Origin: an uncultured Gammaproteobacteria bacterium
GTDB taxonomy: Bacteria; Patescibacteriota; Microgenomatia; Levybacterales; GWA1-39-11
Direction of reading: 5' to 3'
Assembly (NCBI GenBank): GCA_964651815.1
Contig: CAZYWG010000001.1
Coordinates: 129,189-193,188 of the forward strand
DNA length: 64,000 bases
Below the pieces are notes generated by a model. That model had not been told where the DNA came from. It worked only from the letters and a program-made list of their open reading frames with translations, and did not search any database. Shown here piece after piece: positions 20,517-29,104 of this stretch. The stretch's first letter is position 1, and each line of letters opens with the position of its first letter. The position numbers and the translations under genes were made by a program.

Positions 20517-21680
20517 ATGGCAATGTCTCGTGAAGGACTTACATATAGCACACGGCCGGACCACACACGTTCTCCAGAAAGAGAACGCTTCAACTTGGTT
20601 ATAGCGTCTGATCTTGAAGGCCCACATCTATTAGGGGATACAGCATTAAACGTAATGTCTGCCTATGTTCGTCCCGCAAACGGTGATCCAAATATTGATT
20701 ATGGTGCGGAATTATATGGACAAACATATGAATGGTTTGAAGAAAATTTCGATTCAAAGGGTCTTGGTCAAGAAGGTTCTGATATTGCTTTAGCTCTTGG
20801 TCTACTCATGAATTTTGGTGTTACCGGTAAAAATTTACACGAGCATGCTCTTACCTCAAAGATGGCTCCTTTTTCAGATAAATATAGAAGCTATGCCAAA
20901 TCAGAAAGCGGACTTTTATTTGGTGTGACTACAGCATGGGAGCAACCTCACAAACCAATAGTTCTTGGTCAGTTAAATTTTGACGGAATGAAAGGAACCG
21001 ATTTCCCGATTGATGACTCTACTAGAAAAATGAAAGAGTCCGGAAAATTGGATGAAGAGATGGAATTAGTTGGTAAATTTTTAGAAGACAGTTTTACCTT
21101 AATTGAAAATCGTGCTAATGCGGTTGATGAGGAGAGAGATCTCTTTGCTGTATTGCTCAGAGAAAGAATTAACAAATTTTATGGAGAGGAGATTGGAATA
21201 TCATGGGATGATAAAGGCAAGATGATTCCGGCTGCCGGTGGATTTAGAACTAAGCTTGGAGAAATCATGTCAACTCTTGATGTAATTGGTGATAAAAGAA
21301 AAGAACAGGTGGCTCAAGATTTGTTTACGAATTCTGCAACACCAAATGCGGTAAAACTTGCTATAGGAGATGGATTTAACGACAGGCGTATGCTGGCAAG
21401 CGCCCCTTGGTCAATAGGGCTCAATGGGGCAAAAGCAGCGGAAGCGGCAAAAATAGGTGTTATAACTCCGGATATCAGCACACTAATTGAAATAACGGAG
21501 CTGATTAAAAGGGACCCAAGACCAACACCTGCACGAATTGAACAAGTTGTTTTTGAATCAAATAGAATCCTAGGTGACAGGGCAATTGTGCACGCTGGAG
21601 GGCCACTATCCAAATTTCACCAAGACAAACACCAAGATATGAAAAAGGAAATTAGAGGAAAAGGTGCGCTTCTTCCCTAA
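20517..21680 (+). CDS. HAD-superfamily protein resembling COG4030/EhaR-like phosphohydrolases
   Basis: SDLEGP (motif I variant), TTAW (motif II), K, and IGDGFND..ML..A..SIGLNG (motif IV). Confidence 0.6.
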   Translation: MAMSREGLTYSTRPDHTRSPERERFNLVIASDLEGPHLLGDTALNVMSAYVRPANGDPNIDYGAELYGQTYEWFEENFDSKGLGQEGSDIALALGLLMNFGVTGKNLHEHALTSKMAPFSDKYRSYAKSESGLLFGVTTAWEQPHKPIVLGQLNFDGMKGTDFPIDDSTRKMKESGKLDEEMELVGKFLEDSFTLIENRANAVDEERDLFAVLLRERINKFYGEEIGISWDDKGKMIPAAGGFRTKLGEIMSTLDVIGDKRKEQVAQDLFTNSATPNAVKLAIGDGFNDRRMLASAPWSIGLNGAKAAEAAKIGVITPDISTLIEITELIKRDPRPTPARIEQVVFESNRILGDRAIVHAGGPLSKFHQDKHQDMKKEIRGKGALLP

Positions 21681-21683
21681 AAT

Positions 21684-22637
21684 ATGCCAAGTGTTATAGG
21701 AATCGGATCAACATTTGTCGATTACTTTTTTGAAGCTGATAAGAAATTTCTCAAAGACTACAAGCTCAAACCGGAAGACGACGTTTTTTTTGAAGATAAA
21801 GGTATAACACTAAATCAGATTTTAAGTAAACTTACTCTTCTTTCAAAAAGTCCCGGTGGAATGTCAACAAATACTACCGCTGTTTTATCAAAGCTTGGGG
21901 AAAAAGCAGGATTTTACGGAATTGTAGGCCAAGACGAAAACGAAAAAATATGGAAAGAGAAATTACCAAACGTTGATTTGAGTCATGTAAAAACTCTTGG
22001 GACAACTTCTGTATGCGCATGTATTCTGACAGGGAAACAAAAACATAGACTTTTTATATCAAGTATGAATCACGCAGATAATTTATTTTTTGACAATGTT
22101 GATTATCTTTTTTTAAACAGCGCAAAACTAATTCATGTTTCTCCATTTTTACTTGATCCTGAAGGAACAATTCCCAGAGTCGCCGCTCTCCTTGAAAAAA
22201 TTGATAAACCCCAAATAAGTTTTACTCCAAGCCTTATATATAGTTGGCTAGGGCTTAAGGCAATTGAGCCGATAATTAAAAACGTAGACATTATTTTTTT
22301 TAACACAGAGGAATTAAAAGCGCTTACAAATAAATCCCCAAAGATTGGAAGTAAAATACTTCTAAAGTGTGGTCCCAAAATTGTTGTCTGCACAATGGGT
22401 AAAAAGGGTGTTTTGATAACAACACAAGACATGCAATTTTTAACTAAAACTAGGCCGGTCAAAAAGATAGTTGATTCGACAGGTGCTGGAGACGCTTTTG
22501 CCGCCGGATTTTTATTTGGAATTTTAAATAAAAAAACGCTTCAATGGTCTGCCAGTTTTGGAAATAAAGTTGCTTCAAATGCGCTTACTGATTATGGGCT
22601 TTCTTGGCTAAAAGATTTTAAACCAAGCGATTTATAA
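21684..22637 (+). CDS. PfkB-family carbohydrate/nucleoside kinase
   Basis: GIGSTFVD, SPGG, NTEEL, DSTGAGDAFAAGF. Confidence 0.88.
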   Translation: MPSVIGIGSTFVDYFFEADKKFLKDYKLKPEDDVFFEDKGITLNQILSKLTLLSKSPGGMSTNTTAVLSKLGEKAGFYGIVGQDENEKIWKEKLPNVDLSHVKTLGTTSVCACILTGKQKHRLFISSMNHADNLFFDNVDYLFLNSAKLIHVSPFLLDPEGTIPRVAALLEKIDKPQISFTPSLIYSWLGLKAIEPIIKNVDIIFFNTEELKALTNKSPKIGSKILLKCGPKIVVCTMGKKGVLITTQDMQFLTKTRPVKKIVDSTGAGDAFAAGFLFGILNKKTLQWSASFGNKVASNALTDYGLSWLKDFKPSDL

Positions 22638-22646
22638 CAAAGCGAA

Positions 22647-24302
22647 TTATTGTGGCGTTGGCTTTGGGCTTTCAAAAATCTCCCCAACCTGTCTTAGAAT
22701 TTGATTCGGCTTTTTAAATCTTTTTAGAACTGCAATAATATAATAAGCCTCTTTTATATCAAGGAGCCACGTCAAAAAAATATAAGCCGCGAGTCCTGCC
22801 ACAGAAGCAATACCCGTAAGAAGCAATAAATTGACAGTGCGTGTGGTATCAAAAACTAGTTGGTCTAACAATTTTATTGGTACATAAAGACATATTCCAG
22901 TAATAATAGTTGCGGTGGCTATTTTTGCAAATGAGATTATCATTTCTATTTTGGGCAAAGTGATTTTCTGCTCGAGTAAAACTATCATAATAATTACGCT
23001 CATTACAGACGCCAATGAAAATGCAAATGCTAACGAATATATAGGTAAATGATTTATTAAAATGAAAAAATATGCAATCACTATGTTAAAAAAAACAGAC
23101 CCAAGTGTAACATAAAGCGGCGTTTTTGAATCATGATAAGCATAAAATGCACGAGACAAGAGAAATGACAACGAAGTTGCCGCAACGGAAATTGAAAAGT
23201 AGGCAAGTGTCAAACCTGTCTCAACTGTTGCTGCCCAATCAAAACGAGATGCCCCAAAAAAAAGTCTTACAAGCGGAATTCTAAGAACTATTAAAATCGC
23301 AGAAAGAGGCAGAGTCAAATATAGTATTTGGTTGAAAGAACTCGTAAATATTGACGTGAATTCACTTTTGTTATTTGTTTTAAGTGACATGGCGGGAAAG
23401 GATGCTTGAGCAATTGATTGACCAATTAAAAGCACCGGCGCCATTGCAAGGGTTTGCGCCAAATCCAAAACAACAAGCGAACGTGCCGATACAAATGACG
23501 CAAAGAATACGTTTGCAGTTGCTGCAATTTGTGAAACAACCAAAGTAAAAGATCTTGGTATCATAAGTTTTGTCAATCTATTTACACCAACACTTGTTTT
23601 AAAAGATATAAAAAATTTGAATCCTACATTAAAAAGAAGAGGAATTTGAACTATACAAAAGAAAAGAGATCCGAGCGCGACGCCCAATGTGGCGCCATAA
23701 ATTCCAAAATGGAAAAAATAGGAAAAAATGATTAGTCCAAGAATTATACCCAGGTTATAAAACGCCGATGCAATTCCTGGAATTACAAAATGCTGAAATG
23801 ATTGAAGGATTGCAGTAAAAAGTGTCCCTAGAATAAAGAAAACTTGTGATAATTGAATAATAATCATTAAATTTGCCATAAGAGCGAGTTCTGGTTTTGA
23901 AAAACCAGGTGCAACAAGACTTGCAAGCGGATATGCAAAAATAACAATTATTATGGAAATGAAGATAAAAAATAACGCCCCAATGCTTACGAGAGATGAT
24001 GTAAATTCATACGCTTCTTGTTTTTTGTCCTTACTCAGAAAATCTGTAAATATTGGAATAAATGAAGCTGTAAGAGCGCCCGAAATAACTACTTGAAAAA
24101 CAAAATCTGGCACCCTAAATGCTGCAAGAAAAACCCCTAGATCTGAAGACGCCCCAAAAAGGGCAACAAGCAACCTGTATTTAAGAACGCCGAATAATTG
24201 GGAGAGGATTGTTGTCAGAATTATGAAGGTTGCTGCAGTAAAAATATTTGTTTGACGAGACGTAAATGCATTAATACCCCGCTTTACAATATTTGAAACC
24301 AT
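22647..24302 (-). CDS. murJ: Lipid II flippase MurJ (MviN)
   Basis: AAFRVPD, GALTASFIPIF, RAFYAYHDSKTP; about 14 TM. Confidence 0.92.
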   Translation of the reverse strand: MVSNIVKRGINAFTSRQTNIFTAATFIILTTILSQLFGVLKYRLLVALFGASSDLGVFLAAFRVPDFVFQVVISGALTASFIPIFTDFLSKDKKQEAYEFTSSLVSIGALFFIFISIIIVIFAYPLASLVAPGFSKPELALMANLMIIIQLSQVFFILGTLFTAILQSFQHFVIPGIASAFYNLGIILGLIIFSYFFHFGIYGATLGVALGSLFFCIVQIPLLFNVGFKFFISFKTSVGVNRLTKLMIPRSFTLVVSQIAATANVFFASFVSARSLVVLDLAQTLAMAPVLLIGQSIAQASFPAMSLKTNNKSEFTSIFTSSFNQILYLTLPLSAILIVLRIPLVRLFFGASRFDWAATVETGLTLAYFSISVAATSLSFLLSRAFYAYHDSKTPLYVTLGSVFFNIVIAYFFILINHLPIYSLAFAFSLASVMSVIIMIVLLEQKITLPKIEMIISFAKIATATIITGICLYVPIKLLDQLVFDTTRTVNLLLLTGIASVAGLAAYIFLTWLLDIKEAYYIIAVLKRFKKPNQILRQVGEIFESPKPTPQ

Positions 24303-24309
24303 ATAAGAT

Positions 24310-24381
24310 CAACAACAGTTAACAATTAACAACCGGCGAAGAGTATTCGGTCAATTGTCAGTTGCTAGAGGTCAATTGTTG
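24310..24381. repeat. Imperfect palindrome built from 7-mer repeats in the murJ leader
   Basis: caacaacagttaacaattaacaACCG...CGGTcaattgtcagttgctagaggtcaattgttg. Confidence 0.55.
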
Positions 24382-24453
24382 TAATATCCAGTATATCATG
24401 CTAAAATTCCCATGCCCAGATAGAAAATGCTGTAATTCTCTGTCTTGGAAAAT

Positions 24454-24801
24454 ATGCCGGTAATAAAGTCTGCAATTAAAAAATTAAGGAAAGACAGAAA
24501 GCGAGAGCGTGAAAATGACGCTTTCCGTAATGAGCTTGATAAAACTGTAAAAGAGGCTAAAAAATTGAAAACCTCAAAAGCGGTTTCTTCAGCTTCTTCT
24601 ATTTTGGATCGTGCTGTTAAGAAAAACCTTCTTCACAAAAACCGAGCAGCCAGAATTAAATCTTCTCTTGCAAAACTTGCCGGCCCCGTAAAAGGAAAAG
24701 CCAAACTAGCCGAAAAAACCACTTCCGTTAAAACTAAAAGTGTAACAAAAACGAAGTCTAAAAAAACTCAATCAAAACCCCCTAAGAAAACCTCCAAATA
24801 A
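24454..24801 (+). CDS. rpsT: 30S ribosomal protein S20 with Lys-rich C-terminal extension
   Basis: MPVIKSAIKKLR, LDRAVKKNLLHKNRAARIKS. Confidence 0.93.
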   Translation: MPVIKSAIKKLRKDRKRERENDAFRNELDKTVKEAKKLKTSKAVSSASSILDRAVKKNLLHKNRAARIKSSLAKLAGPVKGKAKLAEKTTSVKTKSVTKTKSKKTQSKPPKKTSK

Positions 24802-24814
24802 GCGCTTTAGCTTT

Positions 24815-24843
24815 TTGACAAACCCTAAAAAACTCTCTAAACT
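24815..24843 (+). promoter_or_regulatory. Leaderless-type sigma70 promoter of the pilN operon
   Basis: TTGACA-17 nt-TAAACT-6 nt-ATG. Confidence 0.75.
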
Positions 24844-24849
24844 AAATTC

Positions 24850-25395
24850 ATGCCTGATTCACCACACGTGAAGATTAATCTTATTGGGAAACAAAAAATA
24901 ACCCTTGGGGAGGATTTTTTGAGATGGGCAGTTAAGGCTGGAAGAATTATAATTGTAGTAACTGAGCTTATAGCTCTTGGCGCACTTTTATATCGCTTTA
25001 CAATTGACCGTAAAATAATTGACCTCCACGACAAAATAAAAAACGAACAACTTCTTGTAGAAAGCCAAAAGCCCAAAGAAACCACTTATAGAAGCATCCA
25101 GTCGCGTCTTGACAATGTAAAAACAATACAAGAAGAAACTAAAGCTAAAATCAATATTATGAACAGCATTGTATCGTCAATTTCCGATGGAGATTTCACC
25201 TCAACCAATATAACAGTTGATCAAAACACTATAGAAGTTCAAGGAGTCGCATTTTCAATTTTTCCTATAAATGCTTTTATAGATACTCTTAAAAAGGACC
25301 CTAATGTGACCTCTATAAGTCTTGACGATGTTACGAGCAGCAACCAAGGAGTCGGGTTTAAGATGAGTCTAGAAATAAAAGGACCAAGCTCATGA
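24850..25395 (+). CDS. PilN-like type IV pilus assembly protein
   Basis: INL motif, single TM, coiled coil, ferredoxin-like C-terminus (IEVQGVA..FIDTLK). Confidence 0.72.
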   Translation: MPDSPHVKINLIGKQKITLGEDFLRWAVKAGRIIIVVTELIALGALLYRFTIDRKIIDLHDKIKNEQLLVESQKPKETTYRSIQSRLDNVKTIQEETKAKINIMNSIVSSISDGDFTSTNITVDQNTIEVQGVAFSIFPINAFIDTLKKDPNVTSISLDDVTSSNQGVGFKMSLEIKGPSS

Positions 25396-26018
25396 AATTC
25401 AAACTACCAAAATTTAATTCACTGAAATTTATACTTATAAAAGAGTATAGAAAATTACAAGCCTACTTAGGTACTATAAATAGCGAAAAACTTAAGGGTT
25501 ATACATATATAGTCCTCACCTTATTTACTGTTTCATTCTTTGGATTGGCCGCAATAAGCCCAACTCTAAATACTGTAATTAATTTAGATAAACAGTTTGA
25601 CGATAATTCCCTTGTTTATAATGCTCTAAAACAAAAACTCTCAAACCTAGTCTCACTTGATGAACAGTACACAAACCTACAGGATGATATAAATTCCGTG
25701 TATTCGGCAATTCCTAAGAGTCCCAAAATACCCTTACTTACGCGTCAAATAGAAAATTTAGCAAAAATGAACAATCTTATCGTTTCCAAACTAACATTCG
25801 GAACAGTAGAAATTTATCCTAATGATAAAGGAATTCCAATATATTCTTTCACATTTACAGTTGAGGTCGTAGGTAATCGTTCTGACGCGAATAATTTTAT
25901 TGCCGACATAATCAATTTTGATAGAATAGTTGGAATTGATAGAGTAGTTACAGGTGTAAATCAGGAGAAACAATATAACTTGTCCTTCACTGGACGCGCC
26001 TATTTTATACCTGACTAA
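25392..26018 (+). CDS. PilO-like type IV pilus assembly protein
   Basis: TM, coiled coil, AIP..P..LTRQIE, NFIADIINFDRIV; follows the pilN-like gene. Confidence 0.75.
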   Translation: MKFKLPKFNSLKFILIKEYRKLQAYLGTINSEKLKGYTYIVLTLFTVSFFGLAAISPTLNTVINLDKQFDDNSLVYNALKQKLSNLVSLDEQYTNLQDDINSVYSAIPKSPKIPLLTRQIENLAKMNNLIVSKLTFGTVEIYPNDKGIPIYSFTFTVEVVGNRSDANNFIADIINFDRIVGIDRVVTGVNQEKQYNLSFTGRAYFIPD

Positions 26019-26019
26019 T

Positions 26020-26328
26020 ATGCTTAAAAACCTTCTTTATTTTGCAATATTTACAACACTTATAGTTTCATCGTGGGTTGTTTTTGGAATTTACCACAGC
26101 AGCGTTACTTCAACTATAACGCCCGATACAACACTGATAATCACGCCTATCCCTTCTAGTTTTGACACCAAAACTATTAATAATATTAAAACCAGGCAAA
26201 TTATCCCCGCAGATATTTCTTTAGCAAGATCCGGGGGGGTAGCATCCAAATCTGGCACACCTTCTATTAACATCCCTTCTCCAACTTCCGTAATAGTTAA
26301 TAATTCTACTCCGTCGGCTGCTTTATGA
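26020..26328 (+). CDS. Single-TM hypothetical protein (in the pilP position)
   Basis: N-terminal TM and Ser/Thr/Pro-rich tail; operon context. Confidence 0.6.
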   Translation: MLKNLLYFAIFTTLIVSSWVVFGIYHSSVTSTITPDTTLIITPIPSSFDTKTINNIKTRQIIPADISLARSGGVASKSGTPSINIPSPTSVIVNNSTPSAAL

Positions 26329-26329
26329 T

Positions 26330-27799
26330 ATGAAAAAAAAATTGTGGCATAAAAGAATTCCGACATCGGCTGCCTTTCTACTTCTTTTTATAAGTATTTG
26401 GGTAACCTCATTTCTCCTTCAAAAAGGGGCGGTTTTTATTGGCCAAGCGACACCTGATAAAACGCCGCAAAATGTTAAGATTTATAATGTGTCCGATTCT
26501 TCGTTTGCGGTTGCGTTTGCAACATATGACAAAACGGTTTCAGCGCTTCTAGTTGATGTAGACTCAAAAAATTCGAATACAATATTTGATTATAGAGACA
26601 AAAAAGGAGAAGCGAATTTTAATTCACATTTTATTGTTGTGTCTGGCCTATCTCCAAATCATAAATATTCATTTTCCATATTATCTGAGGGACAAACTTT
26701 TAATAATGGGGATTCAAAATATATTGTCAAAACCGGACCAAAAATTTCCTCAAAATCCCCAAATCAAAAGTTAATTTCCGGGAAGGTAATTCTCCCCGAT
26801 GGAACGCCTGCTCCTGACACAATTGTTCAACTTCAGGTTCCTAATGCACAAAGCATAGCTACTGTCACAGATAACAACGGCTCGTATAAAATCCAGGCGA
26901 ATATCATTAGAAGTGCCAATTTATCAACTTATATAAGACTTGGTTCATCAACTGAAATTGTATTAAAATTCTCTAATCAAAATCTTGAGTCAACTATAAA
27001 AAGCATTTACAAATCGGCCGCCACAATTCCTACAGTAACTCTTTCATATAAATATGATTTTACCCGCGTCACAAGTCAAGAATCGGCAACCGCCTCTTCA
27101 CAACTACAAGCACCCGTTCAAATTTTACAGGCTGGTGTCATAAAGATATTAAAGCCGGTGCCTGGTCAATCTTACACAGATTCTCAGCCGGTATTTCAGG
27201 GTATCGCCCTACCCACAGAAAACGTAAGTATTTTAATTAATCCGGATTCAATTAAAGCAACACTGGTTGCGGACAGGAATGGTTTTTGGTCTTATAGACC
27301 AAGTGGGCCTTTATCTCCGGGTGCTCACACTCTTACAATTAAAACCCCGAATAATCTGGGCATTTCAAAAACATTAATTGCCGATTTTAATATTTTTTCG
27401 CTTGGTACACGCGTTACGGAATCAGCGACTCCTTCCGCAACTCCCGTTATAACTTTGGCTCCCACTTTTACACCAACTCCTACTACTGTTCCGACTGTTG
27501 CTCCAACTGCGACTCCAACAATTGCAGTTCAAACTACCCAAAATCCAACTCCTACTGTTGGCACAGTATCAAATCCAACTCCTACTACCGCTCCAACTGC
27601 TGCACCTACCTTGATTGCACTTAACCCTACCTCCACTCCCACTCCAACGGTTGCAAAAGTCGCAACAAATGCGCCAACCGCGAAACCAAAATTGACAGGT
27701 GCAACTCCAGTTCCAACCGGAAGTTCGTCAACTGTAGTTTTTACATTCATTTCTGTTATATTAATAACTGCTGGAAGTGCATTATTGTTTATCCTCTAA
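26330..27799 (+). CDS. Surface protein: N-terminal TM, FN3/Ig-like domains, Pro/Thr stalk, PVPTG + C-terminal TM
   Basis: HFIVVSGLSPNHKYSF (FN3-like), ADRNGFWSY...GAHTLTI (Ig-like), long PT repeats. Confidence 0.75.
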   Translation: MKKKLWHKRIPTSAAFLLLFISIWVTSFLLQKGAVFIGQATPDKTPQNVKIYNVSDSSFAVAFATYDKTVSALLVDVDSKNSNTIFDYRDKKGEANFNSHFIVVSGLSPNHKYSFSILSEGQTFNNGDSKYIVKTGPKISSKSPNQKLISGKVILPDGTPAPDTIVQLQVPNAQSIATVTDNNGSYKIQANIIRSANLSTYIRLGSSTEIVLKFSNQNLESTIKSIYKSAATIPTVTLSYKYDFTRVTSQESATASSQLQAPVQILQAGVIKILKPVPGQSYTDSQPVFQGIALPTENVSILINPDSIKATLVADRNGFWSYRPSGPLSPGAHTLTIKTPNNLGISKTLIADFNIFSLGTRVTESATPSATPVITLAPTFTPTPTTVPTVAPTATPTIAVQTTQNPTPTVGTVSNPTPTTAPTAAPTLIALNPTSTPTPTVAKVATNAPTAKPKLTGATPVPTGSSSTVVFTFISVILITAGSALLFIL

Positions 27800-27820
27800 A
27801 ACTGTCTTAAAATAAAACAC

Positions 27821-29104
27821 ATGAAAATTGGTATTATTGGAGCGGGATTTACTGGACTTTCTGCAGCATTCGCCTTATCAAAAAAGGGACACGACGTTGA
27901 GGTTTTTGAACGTGATGATAAGCCTGGAGGTTTAGCAATTGGATATCAAGAAAAAGAGTGGAAATGGAGCCTTGAAAAACATTACCATCATTGGTTTACA
28001 AATGATAAATTCGTATTGAATCTCGCAAAAGAAATTGGCCACAATGTAATTATTCGGCGCCCAAAAACTTCAAACTTTGTTAATGGCCGGATTTACCAGT
28101 TTGACTCTCCTCGTGACGTTTTGTCATTTCCAGAACTATCTGTATTTAACCGTCTGCGTATGGCTGCAGTAATTGCAACTTTGCGTTACGACCCTTTTTG
28201 GCAGCCGCTTGAGAAATTTAATGCAACCGAATTTTTACCTAAAACGATGGGCGAAGAAGCTTATAGATTAATTTGGGAGCCATTGTTTAAAAATAAATTC
28301 GGACCTTACTCAGATAACATTTCTCTTGCATGGTTTTGGGCAAGAATTGTAAAACGCACACCTTCTCTTGCTTATCCTGAAGGAGGTTTTCTAACTTTTG
28401 CACAGCACCTTCAGAAAGCAATAGAAAAACGAGACGGCAAATTTCAATATAATACAGAAGTTATTGATTTGTCATCAGATAAAAATCCCCACATAAAATT
28501 TTGCAGGGTCGGAACAACTGAAACAAAATTGAAAAGTTATGACAAAGTTATAGTTACACTTCCTTCCTTCCAATTTCTAAAAATCGCACATAATTTACCT
28601 GACGAGTATAAAAATAAATTTGTAAAACTTAAAGGTCTTGGCGCAACCAATCTTATTCTTCGTCTCAAAAAACCATTTTTTCAAGATAATACGTATTGGC
28701 TTAGTATCTGTGATCCAACCTCTCCCATTATGGCAATTGTAGAACATACAAATTTTATGGACAAAAAAAATTATAACAATGAACACCTAGTTTATCTTGG
28801 AAATTATTTACCTGCAGATCACACGAGATTTACTATGGACAAAGTAGAAAAGTTAAAACTTTTTGATTCTTTTTTAAAAAAAATCAATCCCGAGTATAAA
28901 AAGAGTTTAATAGATTATGAGCTATTCAAAGCTCCATTCGCTCAACCAATTATACCGGTTAACTATTCAAAAAATATTCCTCAACATAATACTCCCCTTA
29001 AGAATGTGTATTTAGCAAATATTGAACAGGTTTACCCATGGGACAGGGGGACAAATTATGCTGTTGAACTTGGAGAAAAAATAGCAAATATTGTTTTTAA
29101 TTAA
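27821..29104 (+). CDS. FAD-dependent oxidoreductase (amine-oxidase/PPO-like fold)
   Basis: GAGFTGLSAA, ERDDKPGGL, EKHYHH, YPWDRGTNYA. Confidence 0.85.
   Translation: MKIGIIGAGFTGLSAAFALSKKGHDVEVFERDDKPGGLAIGYQEKEWKWSLEKHYHHWFTNDKFVLNLAKEIGHNVIIRRPKTSNFVNGRIYQFDSPRDVLSFPELSVFNRLRMAAVIATLRYDPFWQPLEKFNATEFLPKTMGEEAYRLIWEPLFKNKFGPYSDNISLAWFWARIVKRTPSLAYPEGGFLTFAQHLQKAIEKRDGKFQYNTEVIDLSSDKNPHIKFCRVGTTETKLKSYDKVIVTLPSFQFLKIAHNLPDEYKNKFVKLKGLGATNLILRLKKPFFQDNTYWLSICDPTSPIMAIVEHTNFMDKKNYNNEHLVYLGNYLPADHTRFTMDKVEKLKLFDSFLKKINPEYKKSLIDYELFKAPFAQPIIPVNYSKNIPQHNTPLKNVYLANIEQVYPWDRGTNYAVELGEKIANIVFN

Noticed and set aside
27420-27720. Repetitive DNA considered as a CRISPR or tandem array
   Set aside because: Explained by Pro/Thr/Ala codons of a protein stalk; no constant repeat-spacer period (same for 10130-10680)
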